64,000 nt of DNA from Parcubacteria group bacterium (GTDB taxonomy: Bacteria; Patescibacteriota; Minisyncoccia; Phycocordibacterales; UBA2135): the NCBI GenBank assembly GCA_016180525.1, contig JACPBB010000001.1, positions 251,840 to 315,839 on the forward strand, written 5' to 3'. Numbering within the stretch: position 1 is the first letter of the stretch; each line of letters starts with the position of its first letter. A model generated the notes under the pieces. The model worked only from the letters and a program-made list of their open reading frames with translations, was not told the DNA's origin and made no database searches. The translations under genes and the position numbers were made by a program. Of this stretch, positions 27,919 through 35,368 are shown one piece after another.

Positions 27919-29037
27919 TTAGGTTAATTTCTGAACTACATTAAGTAGTTCGCGACCTGCTTTATTCCACGAAAACTTTTTTGCGTGTTCGCGCCCTTTT
28001 TTGATTAAATTTTCACGCAAACCCTTTTCGCTTACTACTCTCTCCATCGCATTTGCAATTTCATTTATCTGAAGCGGGTTAATAAGAAGTGCCGCATCTT
28101 TTACTGTCTCTTCAAGTGATTCATACGGCCCTTGCCCAGATGTAATAACCGGAAGCCCGCAATCCATTGCCTCAAAGACAGGAAGAGCAAAGCCGCCTTC
28201 AAAAATACTTGGAAATACGAGCGCAAATGCCCGCTTATACATATATGATAATTGATTGTCTGTAATAAAGCCCGTAAATTTGACTGCCTGTTCGATACCG
28301 TGGTCTCTTATATATTTACGCATTTCTTCATAATACGGACCTCCTCCTTTCCCAGCGACAACCAACATGTATCCAGGATTATTTTTATAAAATTGAGTAA
28401 AGGCCTTTATGGCGACGAGGGGATTTTTGCGCGGCTTTAATACCCCTACAAAAAGAAAAAACTTTTCCGGAAGTCCCGCCTTCGCTCCACTGCGGCGAGG
28501 TAAGTCTATTTTTTCTTCAGGCAACTGACAAATAGAATCAAAGCCCATGTATACGACAGAAATTTTATCCGGCGAAATGCCGTATAGTTTTATAATTTCA
28601 TCCTTCGTCGTTTGTGATATAGAAACGATATGCCTTGCTCTTTTGAGCGATACTCCGTGATAAAAGCCGAGTATTTTATTGTGTATCGCTGTGCGCAGAT
28701 TCTCCGTTGGTAAATACTGATACGCAAAATCAAGTGCTATAACAATAGATTTTGGCGGCTGCCAAAAAAACGGCATGACGGGGGTGTGAAAAATATAGAT
28801 GTCGGCAGAAGGAGCGTGCCGCATCCTATCAAGCCAAAATGTCCCCTCTCCTAAAACGTGAAGCTTCCAATTTTTTCCGGGGAGCTGCGGGTTTTCCCGT
28901 GGTCTTTTTTTAACAAAAATAATATATTCGTTTTCTGAATCAGCCTCAAGCATTCCTGTCACAAATCCTAAAATCGTGCGGCCGAGCCCAGCCGGTTTGT
29001 CTTCGTCGTAAGGATGTAAGAGGATACCAATGCGCAT
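27919..29037 (-). CDS. GT4 (group 1) glycosyltransferase
   Basis: MRIGILLHPYD N-terminus and the GT-B C-terminal motif FPSIFEGGFALPVFEAMDCGLPVITS. The track ORF extends 45 codons further (to 29172), but that extension is encoded by a palindromic hairpin in the intergenic region, so the start is placed at the internal ATG. Confidence 0.85.
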   Translation of the reverse strand: MRIGILLHPYDEDKPAGLGRTILGFVTGMLEADSENEYIIFVKKRPRENPQLPGKNWKLHVLGEGTFWLDRMRHAPSADIYIFHTPVMPFFWQPPKSIVIALDFAYQYLPTENLRTAIHNKILGFYHGVSLKRARHIVSISQTTKDEIIKLYGISPDKISVVYMGFDSICQLPEEKIDLPRRSGAKAGLPEKFFLFVGVLKPRKNPLVAIKAFTQFYKNNPGYMLVVAGKGGGPYYEEMRKYIRDHGIEQAVKFTGFITDNQLSYMYKRAFALVFPSIFEGGFALPVFEAMDCGLPVITSGQGPYESLEETVKDAALLINPLQINEIANAMERVVSEKGLRENLIKKGREHAKKFSWNKAGRELLNVVQKLT

Positions 29038-29040
29038 AAT

Positions 29041-29140
29041 ATAGATACCAATATACCAATGATTACGAATGATGCTAATAAATACTAATGTAGCGTATTC
29101 GTATCCATTTGTATCATTAGTACAATTCGTATATTGACAA
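29041..29140. repeat. imperfect palindromic promoter-region element built from GTATCATTCGTAT / ATACGAATGATAC modules
   Basis: ATAGATACCAATATACCAATGATTACGAATGAT ... GTATCATTAGTACAATTCGTATATTGAC. About 38 of 45 positions match the reverse complement of 577-620. Confidence 0.5.
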
Positions 29141-29148
29141 GCGAGGAG

Positions 29149-29176
29149 CGAAATGAAAATTGCGATTTTCATTTCG
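29149..29176. other. perfect 12-bp-stem hairpin/palindrome (CGAAATGAAAAT-TGCG-ATTTTCATTTCG)
   Basis: Seen directly in the sequence. Flanked by an outer imperfect inverted repeat TTGACAAGCG...CGCTGTCAA. It explains the spurious MKIAIFIS N-terminal extension of ORF 27919-29172. Confidence 0.7.
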
Positions 29177-29228
29177 TCCGAGCGCTGTCAATATATAAGA
29201 CACAGTGCTTTTATATTAGTACCTGTTA

Positions 29229-29828
29229 TCATTTCTTGATTTCTAACTCCCACACGAGTATTTTAACTGGAATAAGCAGTGACAGATATTGGTCATAAAA
29301 CTTCGAATATTGATGTATAAACGCCTTAAACAGGCGCGTGAGGGGGTTCTGCGACAATTGTGGCCATCCATACCAAAAACCTATTTTTTTAAATTTGTGT
29401 TTTGTATATTGATACCCCGAAAAATGACTGTCTGTATCTAAAAAATAATCCATTGAAGATGAAGTAAAAAAGTGCTTCATCGTGGGATCTGAAAATGCGT
29501 CAATGGAACGAAAATATGGTGTAGATATTATAATGCGGGAACCATTCTTTCCCACGCGAGAAACCTCATTAAAAAAATCAACAAGAGAAGAAAGATGTCC
29601 GATAACACTGTGCGCAAAAAAAACATCAACACTGTTCGCCTCAAGTGGCCACGGCGTTAAATCAAGATTGTGCACGACGTCAACAGACGGAAATGTAAGC
29701 ATATCAATGCCTACTGCTCCCGCTAATTTTGAATTACCGCAACCAAGGTGAAGAACCTTTTTATCAGGAAAAAGATGTTCCTTTGAAACACCTCGATGAG
29801 TGTAAATTTGTAGAGCAATGCTTTGCAT
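29229..29828 (-). CDS. class I SAM-dependent methyltransferase (small)
   Basis: VLHLGCGNSKLAGAVGID, VDVFFAHSVIGHL, GKNGSRIIISTP motifs. Confidence 0.8.
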   Translation of the reverse strand: MQSIALQIYTHRGVSKEHLFPDKKVLHLGCGNSKLAGAVGIDMLTFPSVDVVHNLDLTPWPLEANSVDVFFAHSVIGHLSSLVDFFNEVSRVGKNGSRIIISTPYFRSIDAFSDPTMKHFFTSSSMDYFLDTDSHFSGYQYTKHKFKKIGFWYGWPQLSQNPLTRLFKAFIHQYSKFYDQYLSLLIPVKILVWELEIKK

Positions 29829-29838
29829 AAATATATAT

Positions 29839-29926
29839 GATGCGAAAATAGCGAAATCTATGCGAAATGTGCGAAATTATGAATTTTCTTTTCGTGGCTT
29901 TCGCATACTTTTTGTGGATTTCGTAT
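29839..29926. repeat. about 90-bp repeat element, copy A (GCGAAAT x4 followed by inverted TTTCG(C/T) x3)
   Basis: GATGCGAAAATAGCGAAATCTATGCGAAATGTGCGAAATTATGAATTTTCTTTTCGTGGCTTTCGCATACTTTTTGTGGATTTCGTATC. Copy B at 31625-31713 differs at about 5 positions. It lies immediately upstream of the methyltransferase ATG (29828) and overlaps the last ~17 codons of the aminotransferase ORF. Confidence 0.85.
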
Positions 29927-31040
29927 CGTGTTGTTTACTAAAAAATTCTTTTACCGCCGCAATAACTTTGTCTTTATCTTTTTTGCTCAAATGAGATGAG
30001 GATGGGAGATAGAGACCATTCCACCCCAAATATTCTGAAACTGGAAACAATCCATTTTGTCTATGAGACGGCTGAAGGTGCATCGGTATAAAAAATGCTC
30101 GCGATTCTATCCCTTTTTTTGCGAGAAAATCGATAAGCTTGTCTCTCTCCCCCGGTTTTTTGAGCAGAATCCCGTACATCCAAAAGACCGAGCGAATTCG
30201 AGACTTTTCCGCAGGAAATATCAGGCGGTCTTTAAGAACTGAAAGATTTTTTGTGTAATATTTAGCATTTGCTCGTCTTTTATTTACTAATTCCTCTAGT
30301 CGTTCAAGCTGGGCAAGTCCGAGCGCCGCAAGAAGCGAACTTAACTTCATATTCCACGCAACTTTTTTATGATAATAACGATTTTTACCCTTTCCGGACC
30401 AATAGTGGTCTCTGAATTTTGACACCTCCTCTGCCAATTTTTTATCATTCGTCGCGACCATCCCTCCCTCGCCGGTCGTCACTAATTTATTCGCGTAAAA
30501 ACTAAAACATGCCGCGTCTCCCAATGCTCCCACCTTTTTCCCTTTGTATAAAGCGCCTTGCGCCTCCGCCGCGTCTTCTAAAATAAATAATTTATGTTTT
30601 CGCGCGATTTTTTTTATTTCATCCATATCGCACGGGTGTCCGTAAATATGAACAGGCATAATTGCTTTTGTCCGTTTCGTAATCTTTTTTTCTATTTGGG
30701 TAACGTCAATATTTCCATTTGGCTCACAGTCTACAAAAACAGATTTTGCGCCGCATTGTGCAACCGCGTTTGCGCACGCCGCCATGGTAAATGTAGGAAC
30801 GATGACCTCGTCCCCTTTACGAATACCGAGCGCCCAAAGCGCGAGAAATAAGGCAGAGGCACCGGAGTTTACGGTAATCGCGTATTTCACGCCTGTCTTT
30901 TTTGCAAACGCTTTTTCAAATAACCCAACATATTTAGCCATACCGGAAATGTGCCCTGTTTTAATGGCGTCCATGACATAGCGTATCTCCCGTTGTGTTA
31001 TGTCCGGCTCGCAGACACGAATAATATTCTTAGGTTTCAT
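29877..31040 (-). CDS. DegT/DnrJ/EryC1/StrS-family PLP-dependent sugar aminotransferase
   Basis: GDEVIVPTFTMAACANAV, SFYANKLVTTGEGGMV, AIMPVHIYGHPCDMD. The last ~17 codons are encoded by repeat element A. Confidence 0.9.
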   Translation of the reverse strand: MKPKNIIRVCEPDITQREIRYVMDAIKTGHISGMAKYVGLFEKAFAKKTGVKYAITVNSGASALFLALWALGIRKGDEVIVPTFTMAACANAVAQCGAKSVFVDCEPNGNIDVTQIEKKITKRTKAIMPVHIYGHPCDMDEIKKIARKHKLFILEDAAEAQGALYKGKKVGALGDAACFSFYANKLVTTGEGGMVATNDKKLAEEVSKFRDHYWSGKGKNRYYHKKVAWNMKLSSLLAALGLAQLERLEELVNKRRANAKYYTKNLSVLKDRLIFPAEKSRIRSVFWMYGILLKKPGERDKLIDFLAKKGIESRAFFIPMHLQPSHRQNGLFPVSEYLGWNGLYLPSSSHLSKKDKDKVIAAVKEFFSKQHDTKSTKSMRKPRKENS

Positions 31041-31227
31041 TTTTAAAATTTCTAATTAATCTAATTACTCTAATTATTCTAATCAAATCCCAATTAATTA
31101 AATCCTAAATTAGAAATCCTAAATCCTAAACAAATACAAAATTCAAATGAAAAAATTATTAAGTGTTTTTATTTTTTGAATTTTTGATTTCGATATTGTT
31201 TAGAGTTTAGATATTAGGATTTAGAAT
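31041..31227. repeat. structured 187-bp intercistronic spacer: degenerate about 9-bp tandem repeat (TCTAATTAN x4) plus long imperfect inverted repeat
   Basis: TCTAATTAATCTAATTACTCTAATTATTCTAATCAAA..., AAATCCTAAATTAGAAATCCTAAATCCTAAAC versus the reverse complement of GTTTAGAGTTTAGATATTAGGATTTAGAATTT, and a nested inverted repeat CAAAATTCAAA / TTTGAATTTTG. Confidence 0.6.
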
Positions 31228-31611
31228 TTAAAGAATCTTTACTCTCACCGTATCATCTTCATATCCCTTCACGCCCCTAGCGAGTGTCGTCATGTCAAGC
31301 ATTGCCGCTGGAGAAAGCGCTTTATACGCGTGCACAATATTTGACGGAATACGACTGAACATTCCTTCTTTCAAAATAAATTTTTTCTTATTTTTTCCAT
31401 TTTTGTCTGAGACAACAAAAATGATTTTTCCTTTTAAAATATATGTATATTGTATAGATTTTTTGTGGTAGTGATTACCGCGCACCGCGCCTTTTTTAAA
31501 CGTAATGAGTCCCACATGAGAAAGCGGCTCTTCCACAATATCAAAAATATGCCCACGCGCATCCGTAAACGCGGGCTTAATCATATAATTTTCAACAACA
31601 GATTTTTTCAT
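31228..31611 (-). CDS. cupin-fold sugar nucleotide 3,4-ketoisomerase-like protein (FdtA/WxcM C-terminal-domain-like)
   Basis: 127 aa. GAVRGNHYHKK...NIVHAY His-containing cupin motifs similar to FdtA/QdtA. Context: next to a DegT aminotransferase and a C-methyltransferase. Confidence 0.5.
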   Translation of the reverse strand: MKKSVVENYMIKPAFTDARGHIFDIVEEPLSHVGLITFKKGAVRGNHYHKKSIQYTYILKGKIIFVVSDKNGKNKKKFILKEGMFSRIPSNIVHAYKALSPAAMLDMTTLARGVKGYEDDTVRVKIL

Positions 31612-31624
31612 AAAATAAATACAC

Positions 31625-31713
31625 GATGCGAAAACAGCGAAATCTATGCGAAATGTGCGAAATTATGAATTTTCTTTTCGCGGTTTTCGCATGCTTTTTG
31701 TGGATTTCGCATC
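31625..31713. repeat. about 90-bp repeat element, copy B
   Basis: GATGCGAAAACAGCGAAATCTATGCGAAATGTGCGAAATTATGAATTTTCTTTTCGCGGTTTTCGCATGCTTTTTGTGGATTTCGCATC. Immediately upstream of the ATG of the cupin gene (31611) and just past the stop of the C-methyltransferase gene. Confidence 0.85.
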
Positions 31714-32968
31714 ATACTATTTTTGGTTTGGGTATCGGAATAATAAACTTTCCACCCCGTTTTTTAAATTCCTCCAGATTTTTCATAATCTCTGTCGCGA
31801 AATTCCATGCAAGCAAGAGCGCGTAATCAGGTTGTTCCTTGAGAAGCGTCGCGTCATCATAAATCGGAATAAATGTTCCCGGAGTAAAACGACCAACCTT
31901 CAGTGGATTTTTTTCTGTAATAAAATCAAGAAACGTCTTGTCAATACTGCAGTAATTAAGCAAGGTGTTTCCTTTAGCGGGAGCAGAAATACCCGCGATT
32001 TTTTTACCCTCCCGCTTTAATTGTAGCAGAAGTGAGAGCATATCTCTTTTGTGCCGCTCCACATCCTCTGCAAATTTTTTAAGCCGTGATAAAGAATAGA
32101 TTCCAAATGTTTTTTCTTCTTCAATATAACGAGCAATATCCGGAGATACTTCGTGTTTTCCTTTATGCCCCACATAGTATCGCATACTTCCTCCGAAGTA
32201 ATCGCTTTTTTTAAGGCCAAATAATTCCAATCCGAGACGTTCAAAATATGCCGCCATCGGCTTTACCGATAAGTATCCGACATGTGAATGATAAATAGTG
32301 TCGTATTGAAATTCTTTAATTAAATCAATTACATACGGAGCCTCAACCGCGATAACGCCGTCATCCGCAAGAAGCGTTTTCATTCCTAAAACCGCGTCAT
32401 CAATATCATGCAGATGTGCAAAAACATTCGTCCCGGTAATAACGTGCGCCTTCCCATGCTCTTTTACAATGTCTACGGCAACATTTGTGCTGAAGAAATC
32501 AAGAATGGTCGGGATTCCGTTTTCAATCGCTTTTTTTGCGACATCCGCCGGGTCAACGCCGAGCACCCGCAACCCCTCTTCTTTAAATGAGTGGAGTAGC
32601 GCTCCGACATTGCTGCCGATATCTACCGCGAGGGCGTTTTTGGGAATATTGTGAACAGAACATATATCGTGAGCCATTTCCTTAAAATGTCCGCCGCCTG
32701 TTTTTGTTGTTGCCGCTGATTGATACAGATAATCTGTTTGATACAGAATTTTTGGATTCACCAGATAATCAATTTGAAGGAGCCCACAATCAAGACATGC
32801 AACAAGCCGAAGCGGATATCGTTCTTCGTGCTCGTTTAATTGCTCCTTTGTTGGAAAATGGTCCGAATGGGGCTGATGACTAAGGTCAAGAACTTGCGTT
32901 AAAGAATTACCCTTGCACATGTGACACCGCTCTACCATTTTCCCTCTTTGTGCTTCGCTCATAGCCAT
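31712..32968 (-). CDS. NDP-hexose C-methyltransferase-like (TylCIII/Methyltransf_13+12+14 architecture), paralog 1
   Basis: N-terminal Zn-ribbon CHMCKGNS...CLDCGL, a class I methyltransferase core (VDIGSNVGAL) and a C-terminal C-methyltransferase domain. Paralog of 54519-55757. Confidence 0.7.
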   Translation of the reverse strand: MAMSEAQRGKMVERCHMCKGNSLTQVLDLSHQPHSDHFPTKEQLNEHEERYPLRLVACLDCGLLQIDYLVNPKILYQTDYLYQSAATTKTGGGHFKEMAHDICSVHNIPKNALAVDIGSNVGALLHSFKEEGLRVLGVDPADVAKKAIENGIPTILDFFSTNVAVDIVKEHGKAHVITGTNVFAHLHDIDDAVLGMKTLLADDGVIAVEAPYVIDLIKEFQYDTIYHSHVGYLSVKPMAAYFERLGLELFGLKKSDYFGGSMRYYVGHKGKHEVSPDIARYIEEEKTFGIYSLSRLKKFAEDVERHKRDMLSLLLQLKREGKKIAGISAPAKGNTLLNYCSIDKTFLDFITEKNPLKVGRFTPGTFIPIYDDATLLKEQPDYALLLAWNFATEIMKNLEEFKKRGGKFIIPIPKPKIV

Positions 32969-33084
32969 AGTTGAGATTTATATAGTATTTAACACATTAT
33001 ACAGAAAAAAGTTAATATAGGAGTTCTATAACTAACTATTGACAAAATTTTTATTTACATTAGTGTAAAAATCAGTTTACGGGG

Positions 33085-33465
33085 ATGGAGGCTGTTTTGA
33101 AGGCTCTTTGGCACATTGCTTTGATTTCATTTAGGCCCGATGCGCCTGAGGAGATTCGTAAAGAAATTTTTGATCAATATCAGACCCTGGCAGAAGATTG
33201 CGGGGGCAGAGATACCGGTATTCTTTTTTGGAAAGTAGCCCACAATTTAGATCTACGAAAAAACGTGCATTTGGTGGAAATTGCCGTATTTAAAGACGAT
33301 GCCGCTCTGCAGGCGTTCAGAGGACACCCCAAACACAAAGAATTGACTGATGTGCTTTCAAAAGTTGCCGACTGGTGGGTCGGCGATGTATACCAGACTC
33401 TTCCTAATGATTTAATTACCGAAACCCCTTCGCATGAGGCGGCACTTTTAGATGGAGTTGATTAA
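33085..33465 (+). CDS. Dabb-type (stress-responsive dimeric alpha+beta barrel) domain protein
   Basis: 126 aa. VHLVEIAVFKDDAALQAFRGHPKH is typical of Dabb/EthD-like proteins. Confidence 0.45.
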   Translation: MEAVLKALWHIALISFRPDAPEEIRKEIFDQYQTLAEDCGGRDTGILFWKVAHNLDLRKNVHLVEIAVFKDDAALQAFRGHPKHKELTDVLSKVADWWVGDVYQTLPNDLITETPSHEAALLDGVD

Positions 33466-34190
33466 TGAAAAAACTAGAAATGAGAATTTGGGAGCGATTT
33501 CCAGAGCTCGTTCAGGCAGTAAAACTTGACCACGACAAAGCAGATCTCTTTCGAGTACACGACATTTTCCACGCACTACGCGTTGGAGAATGGGCATACA
33601 GAATTGCATATTCTGAATGGGGAGATGTGCGACTTGCAGAGCTCGCTGGAATAGCGGGAATCTGCCACAATGCTGACCACATGCTCTTTAAAAAAGACGG
33701 ACCGGATGAGCGTAGTGTAAAACACGATCGCATACGAACAGTGATTAAAAGGTGGCTTATATACACTGACACAAAATCAAACGAGCAAGAGTTAATTATA
33801 CAGGCAGTTATAAACCATACGAACAAAAACAGCGATTTTGATCCGAAGATACTGATAGCGCTTATGGACGCAGATCGTGTTGTAAATGCTGAAGCTGACG
33901 TCATTATGAGATCAGCACAATTTCGCAATTTGCCACCAATTGATTACAAACACTTCTTGAAAGATCCTAGTGCGACATACTGGAATCCAAAGACTGTAAT
34001 CTATGACCTGTCTGGGTGCCTTGACTGGTTTGAGGAAGGATGTCCGGTTTGTGTAAGAACACAGCTGGCAAAGCAAGAAGGAGGGTTTCTTGCGGCATAT
34101 CTTAAAAGATACCTAGATACAGTAGAACAACAGCTTAAAGATATAGGGCTTCTACCATGTCCGTTTGATGAAACATGGAAGGTGTCATAA
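33465..34190 (+). CDS. HD-domain-like phosphohydrolase (putative)
   Basis: RVHDIFHALRV (H...HD) then CHNADH and KHD motifs. Start overlaps the upstream stop (TAATG). Confidence 0.4.
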   Translation: MKKLEMRIWERFPELVQAVKLDHDKADLFRVHDIFHALRVGEWAYRIAYSEWGDVRLAELAGIAGICHNADHMLFKKDGPDERSVKHDRIRTVIKRWLIYTDTKSNEQELIIQAVINHTNKNSDFDPKILIALMDADRVVNAEADVIMRSAQFRNLPPIDYKHFLKDPSATYWNPKTVIYDLSGCLDWFEEGCPVCVRTQLAKQEGGFLAAYLKRYLDTVEQQLKDIGLLPCPFDETWKVS

Positions 34191-34200
34191 GTTTGCCTTT

Positions 34201-34228
34201 GCGGATGATTTTAATCATCCGCTTTTTT
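34201..34228 (+). terminator. rho-independent terminator of the plus-strand two-gene unit (also abuts the convergent GT4 gene end)
   Basis: GCGGATGATT-TT-AATCATCCGC perfect hairpin followed by TTTTTTATT. Confidence 0.7.
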
Positions 34229-35368
34229 ATTAATGAACGCAATAATTTTTTCCGCCCGCTTGTCCCATGTATATTCTTTCGCGTCTTCTAACGCTTGTCT
34301 TGAAATCTGCTCCGCTGTTTTTTTATCATTTAAAATTTTTTCAATTCCTCTCTTTAAATCTTCGGGGCTATCTGATTTTACAAGTACCGCATTTTTTTCA
34401 TTTAAAATTTCTCGGACAGATGGCATGTCAGAAGCCACTATGGGCACACCACTTGCCATATACTCAAACATCTTAATCGGCGACGTATCATGACGGGCAA
34501 ACACGGAAAAACGAGGGTCTTTGAGCGCCGCTTCGGAGTGCGACAAGACAAGCGCATCGGCCGCTTTTAAGTAGAGTGGTATTTCTTTATATGGTTTTTG
34601 CCCCAAAACAAGCACATTAGAAAGCCCTCCAGCATCTCTTTTAAATTTCTCCACATCCCATGGAGTGCCGCCAACAAAAACAAATAAAGATATTTGGAAA
34701 TTGCGCGCCACTTCAAGCAACACGTTCACGCCTTTCCAGTCATAGAGATGTCCTGTGTAGAGAACGATGGGCTTGTCGCTCGGCAGATTTATTTTTTTTC
34801 TCAATTCTTCCTTGCCATTCTGAATATCAAAAAGGTCCGGATCAAATCCGTTCCTTGCTACAATTATTTTTTCTTTAGATATGCCGAGACTTTTGTTGCA
34901 TTGCTCAACTTTCCAATAATTCGTCGCGATAATTCCTGAAAGCGGCCGCAGGAGCATTTTCCAGAGCCATACAAGCCGCTCCGGAAATCCATGTATATCA
35001 TAATATACCTGAACACCGGCAAGCCGTAGTAAAAATCCAGACACTTCATCGCGTGTGAGGAGGATAAAATTTCGTTTTTTCAAGAAAAATAATAAAAAAA
35101 CAGCAACGCCAAATGAAATTTGATTGATAACAAACCCGTAACGCCACCCCCATTTTACAGCATCAAAAGTGGGAACGTACCGAACAGAAAAATTTTTCTG
35201 AATGTTATAATATGAAAAAACATCGTCTCCAAACGGATTTGCAATTTTAGGCGCAAGAAGAAGCACTTGTGCGCCATTTTTCGCAAGCGCTTCACACGTT
35301 TTTACGATACTTACTCCGTACGCTTTGTCCGTCGGAATACGGGAATTGCAAATGTAAATGATTTTCAT
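34211..35368 (-). CDS. GT4 (group 1) glycosyltransferase
   Basis: MKIIYICNSRIPTDKAYGVSIV N-terminal domain. C-terminal GT-B motif FEYMASGVPIVASD. Confidence 0.85.
   Translation of the reverse strand: MKIIYICNSRIPTDKAYGVSIVKTCEALAKNGAQVLLLAPKIANPFGDDVFSYYNIQKNFSVRYVPTFDAVKWGWRYGFVINQISFGVAVFLLFFLKKRNFILLTRDEVSGFLLRLAGVQVYYDIHGFPERLVWLWKMLLRPLSGIIATNYWKVEQCNKSLGISKEKIIVARNGFDPDLFDIQNGKEELRKKINLPSDKPIVLYTGHLYDWKGVNVLLEVARNFQISLFVFVGGTPWDVEKFKRDAGGLSNVLVLGQKPYKEIPLYLKAADALVLSHSEAALKDPRFSVFARHDTSPIKMFEYMASGVPIVASDMPSVREILNEKNAVLVKSDSPEDLKRGIEKILNDKKTAEQISRQALEDAKEYTWDKRAEKIIAFINKKADD

Noticed and set aside
29038-29172. First 45 codons of track ORF 27919-29172 (MKIAIFISLLACQYTNCTNDTNGYEY...)
   Set aside because: Encoded by the promoter-region palindromes. 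The GT4 family alignment starts at the internal Met (MRIGILL), so this is treated as a spurious extension.
29839-31713. Direct repeats (90-bp element x2) and the heptamer tracts, considered as possible CRISPR arrays
   Set aside because: Only two copies of the 90-bp element, 1.7 kb apart with genes in between. The heptamers are perfect 7-bp tandem units with no spacers. No cas genes. None of this is CRISPR architecture.
33039-33072. Possible sigma70-like promoter (TTGACA ... TAAAAAT) upstream of the plus-strand pair, and TTGACA at about 10928 upstream of gene 10986-11396
   Set aside because: The -35/-10 spacing is non-canonical (21 or 11-15 nt), and promoter consensus for this lineage is unknown, so they are not reported as features.
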